Positions 23,918-35,510 of a DNA stretch of 64,000 nt are shown here, piece after piece (the first letter of the stretch is position 1; each line of letters begins with the position of its first letter). The stretch is from Sphagnum compactum (Eukaryota), in the NCBI GenBank assembly GCA_965153455.1, contig OZ234494.1, positions 2,914,001 through 2,978,000 on the forward strand. The letters are read 5' to 3'. The position numbers were made by a program, and so were the translations under genes. The notes below the pieces were generated by a model. That model was not told where the DNA came from, did no database searches, and saw only the letters and a list, made by a program, of their open reading frames with translations.

Positions 23918-26900
23918 ATGGAAAGCCCTATCAAGCAGCGTCCCCCACTGGCACCCTCTGCATTTCGAAGGAAACTCACAGTGGAGGTGCAGAAAAAGCT
24001 ACAGAAGGTGATTTTTGCTTTTTGAGAAGTCTTCTCAGAAATTCTCAGTAAGCATGTCTTTCTGTACATTAGGCAAAATGGAAGAGGCTTCCCCAAAACA
24101 TCAATATTTGCAGGAAAGTCTCCTCATGACAGTGACAGGAGTAAAGGTGTCATAGCAGGACTTAAGCTGTTACTGTTAGCAATTGCACCTGCAGAGGTGG
24201 ATGATCCCTGTATAAATTGCATGAAGATTTCTCCCTCATTGATGAAAATGTTTTGAATTTCTTTACAGTTTATGGATTGCAATGCTCAAGTGCATGCTTA
24301 CTAGTCTTGAATATGAATATGCCCCATTATTGATTGAGCCCTTGGGCTGAACATTACTACAAAATTGCAGCACATTTTTGTACTTTTTTCTGTGATGTGA
24401 GGTGAGGATTCAACTTTGCATTTCAGTAGCAGCATTTGTGAGTCACAATCTTCTGTTGTATCTTGCTTTTGCTATAGACTGTATTTCAAAGCAGGGCATG
24501 CAGGAAATGTGAAGCTTTTCAGAACATTTAGTCCATTGACAATTATTGCATCAGTCATCAGTCATTGCATAGAATTTTGGGTTTCTATGAAGAGTGTGTT
24601 TTCCTAGGAAGCTTGTATATTCACAGTGGAAGGAATGGCAGGCACTTGATATACCAGCACAGAGAGGAGATTTGCTACGTGAGCTCTTCACAGATGTAGC
24701 CTTGGAAGTGGACTCCCGAGCCCAAGGTTATGACAAATCCCCTTTTCTGAACTTGGCCCTAAACACTTGACAGGCATTGCTGAATTGTGACTCTGTCATC
24801 CCTTGGCTGCTCATGAGTGAAGGACCAAAGATTATCTCATTGCAACTCATAGAATGCCTACAAACCTTGGTTTGACCATGCTTCTCTGCTACATTCTTTG
24901 TGTGGTTGTGATTGTGGTTCTTTTTAACTGAATTGTCTAAGTTATTGAAAAAAATTTCCTGCGTGAATATGGCCTTGTTGGGCCTAGTGATATTTAGGCT
25001 TATTCTAAGCAACTGGCATCATGTTGCAACTGCAGAGAGACTTTATGGTTCAAGTGACAACTTAAGTGGTGCTGAAGTTCCAACAACTGCAAACAATGTT
25101 TCTCCATCTCTCTGTTTCTATGAAATTTTTGCGCAGCATTATGCAGAAGTTCCTGAGGATGGGAAGGCAATTCTTCCATTGTTTTTACAGCTATGGAGCC
25201 AGTCTTTTGCATCCCAGATATTTGCTCTGCTCTTCTACCGATGGGTATCTTTCCTCTGTTTGCATCTCTTTAGTTTGTGTCTCAGGGTGAATACATGGAT
25301 AATGCCATCTTGCTACCCTCTTGAGCAGTCATTAAGAAACTATCAGTAGAGGACAGGTGCTTAGTTCTCATTCTGCCTTCTTGGATCACTGTCACCTGGT
25401 TTCTATTTCTTGATCCATGAATGTGCTACACCGGCAGCTTCTGGTTTTGTGAAAAAGGTGGATCCTGTGCCAAGTAAACTATATCTTCTATTTGGGGGGT
25501 GGGACCCATGGCAGTTATTTGAGATTCCAAGAGAGGACTCTGAGGGATTTCTACGTTACTCCACTGCATTTGTTGAAGGTGCTAGCAACATTTTCTGGTA
25601 TGGGAGTATCCCAGCTTTTTGTACTTGAGTCTCCTTAATTTGCTTGCAAGTGCTCCATAGTGACAGCTGATTTCTGCAGTTGAAGGGATCTATACTAATG
25701 CGATGTCTGTTGTCTTCTTCCCCTATCCTCGTGTCAATTAATGTGAAGTGTGGCATCTGACTAACTAGAGGACCATGGGGTGGTTGTGATGTGGGAAGGA
25801 TTGATTTGCAGAGCAATGTACGCCGCTTTTTTTCATTGTTCAATGTAACTTATCTTCTGATTCAACCTGATATTTCATGCACAAGATACCACTCGTAATT
25901 GACCCAGTTGTTGTGTGGTCATCTCTTCTCTCAATGAAATCATATGTTGAGGAGAAAAGTAATTCAATTATTGCACCCTTTTTGTTCAAATGCTTTGTTT
26001 GTATCTGCTCAAGATTCAAATCTTAACCATGTGCATTATTTTGGTTGCAGTATACATTTGAACAGGTTCTAATGGATCCAGAACGACTAACAAGGGTTCC
26101 CAAACAGGTCTTACTTACTTCCTGCAGTGGCCTTTTTCCTCTGTCATTATGGTGATAGCCCTTGTTTTCTTGCCAGATTTGCAACTTTTGAATTACAGGC
26201 AACCTGAAATGAATATCATATGTCCTACCTACTGTTTTCTTGACCACAAGTTGTGATGTTACTTGATTTTCCCAAGCTCAGGTGCAATGAGTGGGAACTT
26301 TTATCAATCAGCCTGTATTGCTTTGCACATGTTGATATTGCAGTTTGAGTTATTTTAAGGTTTTTAATAAAGCCCTTTTTTCGGATAACAGCTTTGATAG
26401 TTTTTGTTTCTGGATAGTCTTTGAATGATGCATGTGTTTCTTTTGGAGAGGGAGCAGGCTCGCCATGACCTCATTTTGTTAATATCTCGCTACTTCCTGT
26501 ATTATGAATCAGGTAATTACTAATTACACCAAAGCATAAGCGATAAACCTTTTAGGAGTTTAAAGCTTGGGTTGTGTAACCTTTGGAGGAAATTAGATAT
26601 TTTAGCATGAATTTGTGAGCAAATACTTTTTGAGTAAAGAAAAGCTGCAAGTTGCCAAGGAAAGCTGTCCTCTGATAATTACCTTTGTGTTGTTGTGCAG
26701 CCAAAAGGTTGGAGACCTTTTTACAAAAATTTCCTCAAGTCCCGAATGTTTTGCTTGCGCCAGCAGATATATTTGTCACAGAGCTCACGGACCAGGTACC
26801 TCTCTTGTTCTGTATGTTGTTCTGCAACTGATATTGGGCTTATGGCTTCATTTAATAGTCTGTATGTCTTGCACTTGTATATTCATCAGTGATCTTGGTT

Positions 26901-27771
26901 GGAAGAGGCAACTGCACACACCTAATGTTATTAGCACTATGGGTGTGACAAAAAACACAGCTACAAAAGGTCAAGGTGGAGCTTGTTCTGCTACATTATC
27001 TCAATAGCATGAAGGCACTCAAAGGTGAGGATTTTGGAATGATGGATAGTATATACTTTGTTTAGCTCTTTACTTGGAATCAGCATAGGATTTGCATCAT
27101 ATCATTCTCCTCCTGCTCTTGAGATCCTTCTGTTCTGTTAATCCAGGAATGGAATTGAGGGCCACGACAAGCACACGGTTGAAGACAGCTCTCTATTCCT
27201 TCACAGCGCCTGGGGGCCCCATGTATCCTACACGACCTGTTCGCCATGCTGCTTGGGAGACTTTGGATGTGCTTTTCCCAGTGAGTATGATGTTCTTGCT
27301 CAAGAAAAATACAGTGAATAAGACAGAAAGCTGTTTTGAGGCTGTTGCATTGGAAATCCAAGAGCCTTGTCTTCCAGAAATTGCTTCTAATGATAGTATG
27401 CTAGCAGACATTTGGAGGCAATTTCACAATGCAGATAGAATTGTGCATAAAGCATTAGTGCATCAATTTGAAGTTACAAAGTTTTGATCGGTTCCAAGGC
27501 AGGTCAAGGGCCAAGGGCACTCAGAGTACCATTTTCCTATTGTTTGCAGGTAGGTCGGCATTCGAGGCTTCTCATCAGTCTCTTCTTCAGACTTCTGCAT
27601 CCTTATTACTGGCCAGTGTCAGCATGGAACTTCATAAGAACGACAATCACTGCCTTCTATGTCAGAATCTACACCATGTTTTTTGATTTTTTGGATTTTG
27701 TCCTTCAAATTTTTGAACGTGTCATTGGTATCCGCCATGCAGCACCACGGGATCTGAGGACACGTGATTGA
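23918..27771 (+). CDS. Conserved plant protein of unknown function (AT5G59960-like), 11 coding exons
   Basis: Exons 23918-24007, 24642-24726, 25036-25244, 25515-25597, 25799-25844, 26051-26107, 26458-26512, 26701-26795, 26961-27024, 27147-27280, 27550-27771, all GT-AG. Motifs LFTDVALEVD, QLWSQSFASQIFALLF, STRLKTALYSFTAPGGPMYPTRPVRHAAWETLD. Confidence 0.88.
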
Positions 27772-29687
27772 CTTTCTCTTCATTTTCATGTCATGGATTT
27801 TTCAACTCAAATAGAAGTCACATTTGAATCCATCAATTTTGGCAAATTCATGTTGAGACTGAGGTTATAAACAACCCCTTCATCATATCAGCTATTTTGG
27901 ATTCCTTAAAAACTGCTGAGAGCTAGGAGGACATAATTGGTTCTGTCAGGATAGTGGATAGAATAACAGAATGTAGTCAAAAGTTCCCATAGTGCTGTTT
28001 TTACACCAGAGTTATTAATACAGTCAGTGTCATTAGCCCATCCAAACAATATGTGAAACTGGAGTTTTTGTTGGCCCTGCTATACACTGCCTTGTATGGC
28101 AGGGGATATTGTGTTGAGAATCATTATAGAGTATAGTGGCTTAAGGGATTTTGGCCCCCAGAAGCTAGGTGAGATGATTCATCCTAATTTGGTTTTCAAT
28201 GCACTCATCTTTAAAGAATTCACATTCATCCCTTTGATGTTGTTTTGTTTTCTCTACAACCTCATAAGCAACAAGCGACATTTATAGATAACATAGAAGG
28301 AAGAAGAGGGAAGCAGGGAAAGGTACTCCGACAGATGCTCGGGGTCTTTGGCTGTTTCTCTGGAGCTGCCAGTGGTTTGTTGTTGTCATTGAAAAGAACT
28401 GTGTTGTTTTTGCACTGTGGAGGAGGAGGAATAAAAGGATGAGAACTATTTGTTCGTACTTTTATTTTCTTTTTCTTGCTTCTCTTATTTTTTTCAATGG
28501 ATTTGGTATTTTGCTTTATTTTTTGTTTTGTTTTTGAAAAATGGCTTGTAGAGTTTCAGCTTAAGGAGGGTTTATTTTGGGTTTCTGGAAGTGGATGTTT
28601 CATGGTGATTTTGGATTTGTTCAACTCGCTGGGCTATTGGAATTAGGTATTGCAATGAAAGGTTGACTAAGCAAATTTGGTGTAGCTGGGGTTTGGTTTT
28701 TTTTCAAGTAGTGGAAGTCAAAAGTTGGGAAGGATCTGTTTGTAGAGAGCCAGGAGTTTTGGTGGAGCACAATCAAGAAAGTTGCAAGTTGCTCGAGGCC
28801 TCTTTTGGCTTGGGATTGTGATCAGGGCAACCTAGAAAGTAGGGACCAGAGTCCCTTGTAGCTACCATAAAGTTTTCAACAAGAATCATGTGGAAAGCAC
28901 TAAATGCAAGGTGGGAGGGGAAATTTGAAATGCCAATTGTGAGATGAGAACTTCCAAAATTGTTACTGACAAAGAGCTTCAGAGGTCCAGTTCACAGAAA
29001 CATTTAATCAATTTTTGAGTTTGATGATTATTACACCTATGACCAAAGTGCTTTCACTTTTACAGCTCTAGATCTTGCTTGTTTTAATAAATAGACTTTC
29101 ATCTCGTTGTTGTGTCCAAAAAGTGTTCAAATCCGCCATCAAAGCCCTTACCATAGTAGTTTTAATAAGATGGAACCTGAACATTCAAAAGAAGGGATAC
29201 AAGGCTGTTGGTACTTCAACATTACTCTAGTGGTTCATGGTATTCTTTGTTATTTATTGTCTTCTAGACAGGGGCATTCATGAATCCATGTGCTGCACAT
29301 ATTAACAAGATAAGCCAAGTTGAACTCTCCAAACAAGGCACACAGTCTCACGAGTTGCCTTACACCCAAACCCCAAATGAACTTGTTTTAAATCCATTTT
29401 TTCAAAGACTAAGTCTTTCACATTTTGTACACAAGGTGGAGACAAACAAGTAACAAGTGGGAGACCAATGTCTTCCACTTGTCTTTCACTTTGTAACAAG
29501 TGGGAGACAAACAATGCTGTGACAATCTTGAACACTTTTAGCATGCATTGTTTCAGTCTATGCACTCAGCAAATACAAGCAAGCACCAAAAAAAAAAAAA
29601 AACTTCTTACGACTGCAAAATATGGATCCATAAAGGATTGTGTTAAGGGGATCTATTGACCCTTATGACTACTAAACACTTAACTAT

Positions 29688-30827
29688 TTAACAGTAACAT
29701 CTACTTTTAAGCTCAAAGAAGGTAGGCTCAAAGAAAGCTGCATCAACCTCTACTGCGTCCACGTCTGGACATGACCTAATATAATCCGATCTCCTGATGG
29801 AAGGGAGTATTTCCCACTTCCTCTCCAAGAGATGGAATGCAGCAATTGTCTGCCTGTGATTCTGCCATATGAAAATTTGCTGGCTGTTGGCAGTGCACTG
29901 GATGTTTCCAGGCTTTGGCAATTCCTGATGCACTCCAGGCTCGATGTTTAGCACATCAGCACACATCCTCTCTGGCATCTTCATCACCCATGAGAAGCTC
30001 TGTGTGTTGCAGTCAAACATCCATATCTCAACCAACCCCACCTTTGTTTCAGTTATTGCAAAAATCTTACCTCCACATTCAACAACTTGACATTCAACTT
30101 CTGTTGCATTTGAAGTTGGATATGGAGACTCAATGACATCGTCACTCCATTCCTCTGTTGCAACATTGAATGCAACCAAAACATTGAATCCTTCTTGGCT
30201 TTGGCCCACACAGTAGAGAAACCCATTAGAGTAGGCAGCTCCATTCTTTGCTTTGAGTTTGCAAATCGTTAGATTTGTTATGCTCACTGGCATAGATGCT
30301 GCTACTGTGGTCCAAGAATTTGATGCAAAATTATAGACCTCTGTCGCTTGTCCTCTGATGGCAACAATCTTGAGGTTTTTTGTCTCCTCCTCCACCACCA
30401 TCTGCAGTTCTGATGCCCCCCAATAATCTGAAGATTGGGGAAGTGGCTTTGATTCTCCAATCACAGGATTAAACATGGTGTAACTTGAATAGTGGTTACC
30501 AGACTTCAGACACAAAATGCCTTTCCAACTTCCCCGTGTTCGAAGAGGATCAACTTTCTTCACAATATCTCCTAAAGCTGGCATCCGCTTCCACTTGCTG
30601 CTTGTGCTATCATACCCTAACCAGACGTGGTTACCAAAATCATTCTTCATGAAAGCAAGAGGGCAGTAAGTGTGAGAGTTTGCAAAGCCAGCTCGAAAAG
30701 GCTTGTTATCTACTAGGCATTTCCAGCGTCTGCAGACAGCTTTTGCTCGGATTAGGTCAATCAGAGGCACTTTCCAAAAAACCAGCTTAAGCAGATCATC
30801 TATGAGACGATTAATGGGGGATTCCAT
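29688..30827 (-). CDS. F-box protein with C-terminal kelch-like/F-box-associated region, single coding exon (379 aa)
   Basis: N-terminal LIDDLLKLVFWKVPLIDLIRAKAVCRRWK F-box; TEVYNFASNSW, NGFLYC and VVECGGKIF propeller-type motifs. Confidence 0.9.
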   Translation of the reverse strand: MESPINRLIDDLLKLVFWKVPLIDLIRAKAVCRRWKCLVDNKPFRAGFANSHTYCPLAFMKNDFGNHVWLGYDSTSSKWKRMPALGDIVKKVDPLRTRGSWKGILCLKSGNHYSSYTMFNPVIGESKPLPQSSDYWGASELQMVVEEETKNLKIVAIRGQATEVYNFASNSWTTVAASMPVSITNLTICKLKAKNGAAYSNGFLYCVGQSQEGFNVLVAFNVATEEWSDDVIESPYPTSNATEVECQVVECGGKIFAITETKVGLVEIWMFDCNTQSFSWVMKMPERMCADVLNIEPGVHQELPKPGNIQCTANSQQIFIWQNHRQTIAAFHLLERKWEILPSIRRSDYIRSCPDVDAVEVDAAFFEPTFFELKSRCYC

Positions 30828-31496
30828 CTTTGCTGCTCACAATGCCACTCCAATGAACAAATGTAACAGGCATCTTAGTTGCAGCAGCAGGATACCTGTA
30901 CAAGGATCAAAGGAGACACAACAAAAGCAGATGAGTCCCTAAAGGAGATAAATGATTACCATGGCTTTGTCTATTTTGTTCTCCTGCAACTGATGCAAAA
31001 ACTTTCAGCTTTCATGAAATCTGTTATGCACCAATACACTTCCCTTATGAAGAACTGCAAAGGAAAAAAAAAGGAAAGAAAACATAGAAAACACATTAGT
31101 TCATTACGATGGGGTAGTATTACCAGTACAAGCAGTTGCTTTTTTTTTCTTGCTGCAGTCTGCAAGGCAAGAACCAGAAAAATAGAAAGTGATTGCCAAA
31201 AAAAACATCTACAGTAATAAACACGCACCTCTCTCCTGCTGTAGTTTATCTTCATAATCCGTTTACACGTGAACAGCAACATTGGCTTCACAATCGCCTG
31301 AAAACCCTTCACAGCAGCCCGACGAACAAAATTGTGCCTCAACGATTTGGAAACAGTTTGTTTTGCTGTTTTCTCTGTAATTTTAACAATCGTGCCTCGC
31401 TAGCTTCCGCAGAAAACCGCAAAACAAACGGCAATACTCGACTTCAGAGAAAAGTTCTGGAAAACGTCGTCGACGAGCACAACAAGGATCGATGAA

Positions 31497-31790
31497 GTTG
31501 CAGAGAAATCTCCACAACAACAATTAAAGGTAACACGACAATGAGTGCAGTCATAACCTCATGAGAGTCGCTCACAAAGTGACAGACCATCACCTTCATC
31601 ACGAACGGCAGTGACGAGCTGCCATGACTACCCACTGAGTTCATCAGCTCCCAACAGTGAGTGTAGATAAGCATATAATAATCTTCCCAAAAAACTTGGG
31701 CAAACCATTATACACAATCTGCGTCCTGAGTTTCTGTCGCCTTTCCGGAAGCAATGGGAAGACTCAGACGTGATGTTGGCTAGCACTCAA
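31497..31790 (-). ncRNA. Candidate structured noncoding element, copy 1 (partial copy 32195-32345; copy 3 at 50716-51025)
   Basis: Homologous between loci with non-triplet indels. Several hairpins and a 4-way junction are retained, with G-U pairs on the minus strand. Confidence 0.45.
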
Positions 31791-33625
31791 GAGACATTGC
31801 TAATCAAAAAAGTCAACAGTATCCTCATTCAAGCTGCAACAAGCTTCTGAAGGAAAGAGCTTTTATTTCATTTCATCGTCGACGACCACAACAATTGTAG
31901 CTGAACGATTTGGAAAATGGGGGGGGGGGGGGAAACCTCGCTAATTACACAGAAAACATAACAAAACAACCAGCAATACTCGCCTTCAAAGATGAGAATA
32001 TCTTTCATAAGAGTAGAGAAATCTCCATTCTGACGATGAAGAAGAAACAGCGAGGTTAACTCTTCCTCAGGAAGCCACAGAAAGAACCAAACAAGAACCA
32101 GACAAGGGAAGACAGAAACAAAACAAAAAAAAACAAAAAACACACACCGGTATGAACAAAAGTGCCAGTCTCACACCTGTTCAGGGACCATCACCGGTAG
32201 TATGTATGATAGTGACTTAACTACCACAACTTCCCCACTGACTTCATCAGCTCCCTACCGTGGGTAAAGGCCGATGACGAGCACCAACCTACGAACTGAG
32301 TTTCTGCTCCAATTCCGGAAGCAACGGGAAGACTCAGCCATACTACTGGCTAGCAACAGACCACAACAACAATGACAAGACAAAGAAACAAAGAAAGACA
32401 GAAAGGGAAAGAAAAACTAAAGGAAATGACAAACAGGGAAAGACTATGAACAAAGATGAGAACCGGAAAACACCGTCGACGAACGCAATAATTGTCCCTC
32501 AAGGATTTGGAAACTCGGGGAGAAAAAAAAATCACAACATTACACAGAAAACAACAGCAAAAGAAACAACAATACTCGACTTCAAAGATGAGCTCTGAAA
32601 AACACCGTGGCAAACATTAGAAAAAACACCAGAGAGTCACACACAGAGTCCGGAGAGAAGATACGAGAGAGAGACGGTCATGGCATGAACTATAACGTGA
32701 CTAACCAAAAGACATTCAATAGGTTTGCTCACTGATAAAGCTAGATCTCTGCCAACGAGCTATGGAAGAGAAGAAACGAAGGGAAAAAAAATCACCAAAA
32801 AAAACGAAGAAAACAACAAAAATGGAATGAAAATGGAGAGAAAAGGAAGACGAGGCGAGAGTGACAAACGATCACGTACCTCGGAAGTAACAACAACACA
32901 CATATGTGAGGATCCAGCCAAAGTCGACAATCCTCGCGCGTTTGTGCAGAAGCACTGCAGCAGACAAGAGAAGTCGAGCGATGGGAAAGGGAAATACTTA
33001 ACTACACTAGGGAGTTAGGGCTGAAAAACTGGGTGCCAACTTTGAGCATTTTTGGCCTGTTGTTTGGCCCTGAGTTGCTAATAAATGTTAGAACAGTGAC
33101 ATCAAGCCCTTTGGGGGCTAATTTTCAACTTTTGCACCAATAGGAATGCTTTGATTTGAGTTGAACCTTGGCCTTGACTCCTAGTGTAAAGTGGGCTTAA
33201 ATTTCATTACTTAGGTATGAACTAGTGTTGATAGGTATTATGCGTTTTAAGAAAAAAAAAACTGGAATCAATGGGTTATAAAAAAAGAAGGTTTTATGAT
33301 ACCCTTGATTGACAATTTAAAAACCCAACAAACCAGTTTTAAACCTCGACTAGAGGTTTAATGAAATAATAGAACTGGCGTTTTGCCCTTTAACCAAGGT
33401 TTAAAGAAAATCAAAGAACCGAGTTAAAGAACCTACCCTACATTACAGTTTTTGCCGAAAATGGGGACGAGATGAGAAGTCATGATGAAAACAGTGCACC
33501 ACTGGACTAACTAGTTTTCCTCACCTAAACTGGTCCTCATGGGGGGTTCCATCCCCAGTTTTGGATTTGCATACCTTGCACCGTGACCGGAAAAATCACC
33601 TTATTCACCTCTCCTATTAATTAGA

Positions 33626-35177
33626 CTAGTCTGAACCCCGTGCCTAATGCACAGGTGTGTGTGCATTTGACAATACATATTACAAAATTACAATTACAAA
33701 CTACATTTTCAAAACCTCTTTATATACGACATTCGGCATGTATCTATCGAAACCCTGGCCGCTGAAAATCTTGATGTTTGCACTACTTGTGATGGGTGAA
33801 CCCGGCACTCACGCTGTGATAAAAACCTTGAAATTTTTTAGGATGCTTCTAACTCTAGTAAATATGGGATCCTTAATACTAAATAAGTACCCCAAGTTTA
33901 TATGGTGACGAACAGTTTTGAAAATAAAAATTTCATGTAACCAATGGGAAAGATTTTTTTTAAATTTTTTTTCTTTGTTCTCAACATGTTCCTTTCAAGT
34001 TCCCAATGGGTTCCCTAAATGTGTTCCCAATAGCACCTCCCTTTAATTCCATAGCATGGACTAGGGAGGCCACAACATTTTTATTCCAGGTTGAAGGAGG
34101 CGTTTTTTGATCGGGAGGTGGTGCTCATCAACATTCACAAAATGGATTTCAAACAATGGAACATTGGAACATTTTCTATTTGTTCTTGGGAGTAATAGAG
34201 TAATATTTTTGGAACTTATTTTAAATTTTAATAGATTGCACTGTGATCTGATAGTCTATGGGTTTTCATAAAAACATTCGTTCAATGGTTTAAAGGTAAG
34301 TGGAATTTTCATTTATCATGACATATGGATGCATTTTGATATACTTGACAATACATGATTTTTGGTTTAAATTGGGAGCACATGTATTCATTAGAAATCT
34401 TATCTAAAAGAGTGGTGGGGTTATCATATTTAAAAGTGTTGAAGGGGGGGTGGTGTGGTGTTTATTGTTCATCATCTAACGACATGTGTAAAGAATTGTT
34501 AGTATTGACGACATATTATCAAAATGTTTTTGTAAGCAAAATTATTAAATAAATGATATATGCACCATGATGAGCGCACAACCCATTTTTCAAACGGCCT
34601 AAAAGGAGGAATCAAGTGTGCATGCTAGTGTGCATCCCAAGTTCTGAAAATTTTCCTGAGCAGAGCAGTGACTTGAGGGCGGACGCCACCAGAGGACGGG
34701 GCTGGTGCTGTGAGAGCGCTCACACATCTCCCCTTGCTTCACATTCCACACCAAACATTTCTCCAAAGCTCCCACTAACAACAGTTTGCCGGACTTATCG
34801 TAGCACACTCGAGCTTGACCTGCAGACACCACTCCGAACGCATCTCCCTCCTCATACCTCAAGTACGCCTTCACCATTTCTAATCCGTTCGGAGTGCTGC
34901 TCCATTCCCTTCAAGAGCACGCCTACTCTTTTGCTACACTCACGCCTTTTCCTCCGTCTCCAAGAACCTAAACTGCTAGCATGTGCAAGTCTCGCTATAT
35001 TTAGCTACTGTCCGTCCGGATTAAGGGGAAGCTTCACGACATCCTCACTGTATTTAGCTACTGTCCGTAGGGGAAGCTTCACGACGTCCTCACTATATTT
35101 AGCTACTGTTCGTAACTACTATCCGTCCGGATTAAGGGGAAGCTTCATTCTTCCTTTACTAATAATAATAATAATGA
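33626..35177 (-). mobile_element. Non-autonomous Helitron with RepHel helicase C-terminal remnant and captured UTP12/WDR3 exon (5' end tentative)
   Basis: 3' end CCTGTGC-ATTAG-GCACGGG..CTAG|T at 33626. 33701-33793 translates ITSSANIKIFSGQGFDRYMPNVVYKEVLKM* (Pif1-type Helitron helicase end). Candidate 5' TCATTATT.. at 35177, with subterminal repeats at 34996-35146. Confidence 0.75.
34660..34877 (-). pseudogene. UTP12: Truncated first coding exon of UTP12/DIP2/WDR3 (U3 snoRNP WD40 protein)
   Basis: MVKAYLRYE..AFGVV...YDKSGKLL.VGALEK..VWNVKQG, then apparent frameshift; no further exons follow. Confidence 0.8.
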
Positions 35178-35214
35178 GGCGCCTCCTAAGTTTTATTTAT
35201 TTAATTTTTAGTTT

Positions 35215-35510
35215 TTTTTTTTTTTTTGGGCAATGAGCGAATTTGATTGGCCCATCACTCAAAAAAACTGAAATCATGGAGGCTCCCCAAAACAGAAGGT
35301 TCTATCATGAAGTATAGAGTTCTTCCCCTTTGGCCCACCTATATAGGTGAAAGGAGGACAACATTTGCCAAAGCATATGGGATAAAAGTGAGGTGCTATG
35401 GAGAACATGTTGAGGAACACATTGAGAACTTAGGGAACATATTGAGAACCTGATGAAAACCCCAATGAGAACTTAAAAGAAACACATTGGGAACCAGAAA
35501 AAATGGTTCC
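35215..35510. repeat. Dispersed MITE-like repeat; related inverted fragment at ~33940-34050
   Basis: gaggtgctatggagaacatgttg here resembles the reverse complement of caacatgttc...gtgttcccaatagcacctcc. Confidence 0.5.

Noticed and set aside
25245-25514. Intron donor GTATCTTT resembles a U12-type 5' splice site, in the gene beside U4atac
   Set aside because: It deviates from RTATCCTT and has no TCCTTAAC branch point near the acceptor.
31630-31740. CTGATGA and GAAAC on minus suggest a hammerhead ribozyme or C/D snoRNA
   Set aside because: Stem II cannot form in the required topology, copy 3 has CTGGTGA, and there is no consistent terminal D box or stem.
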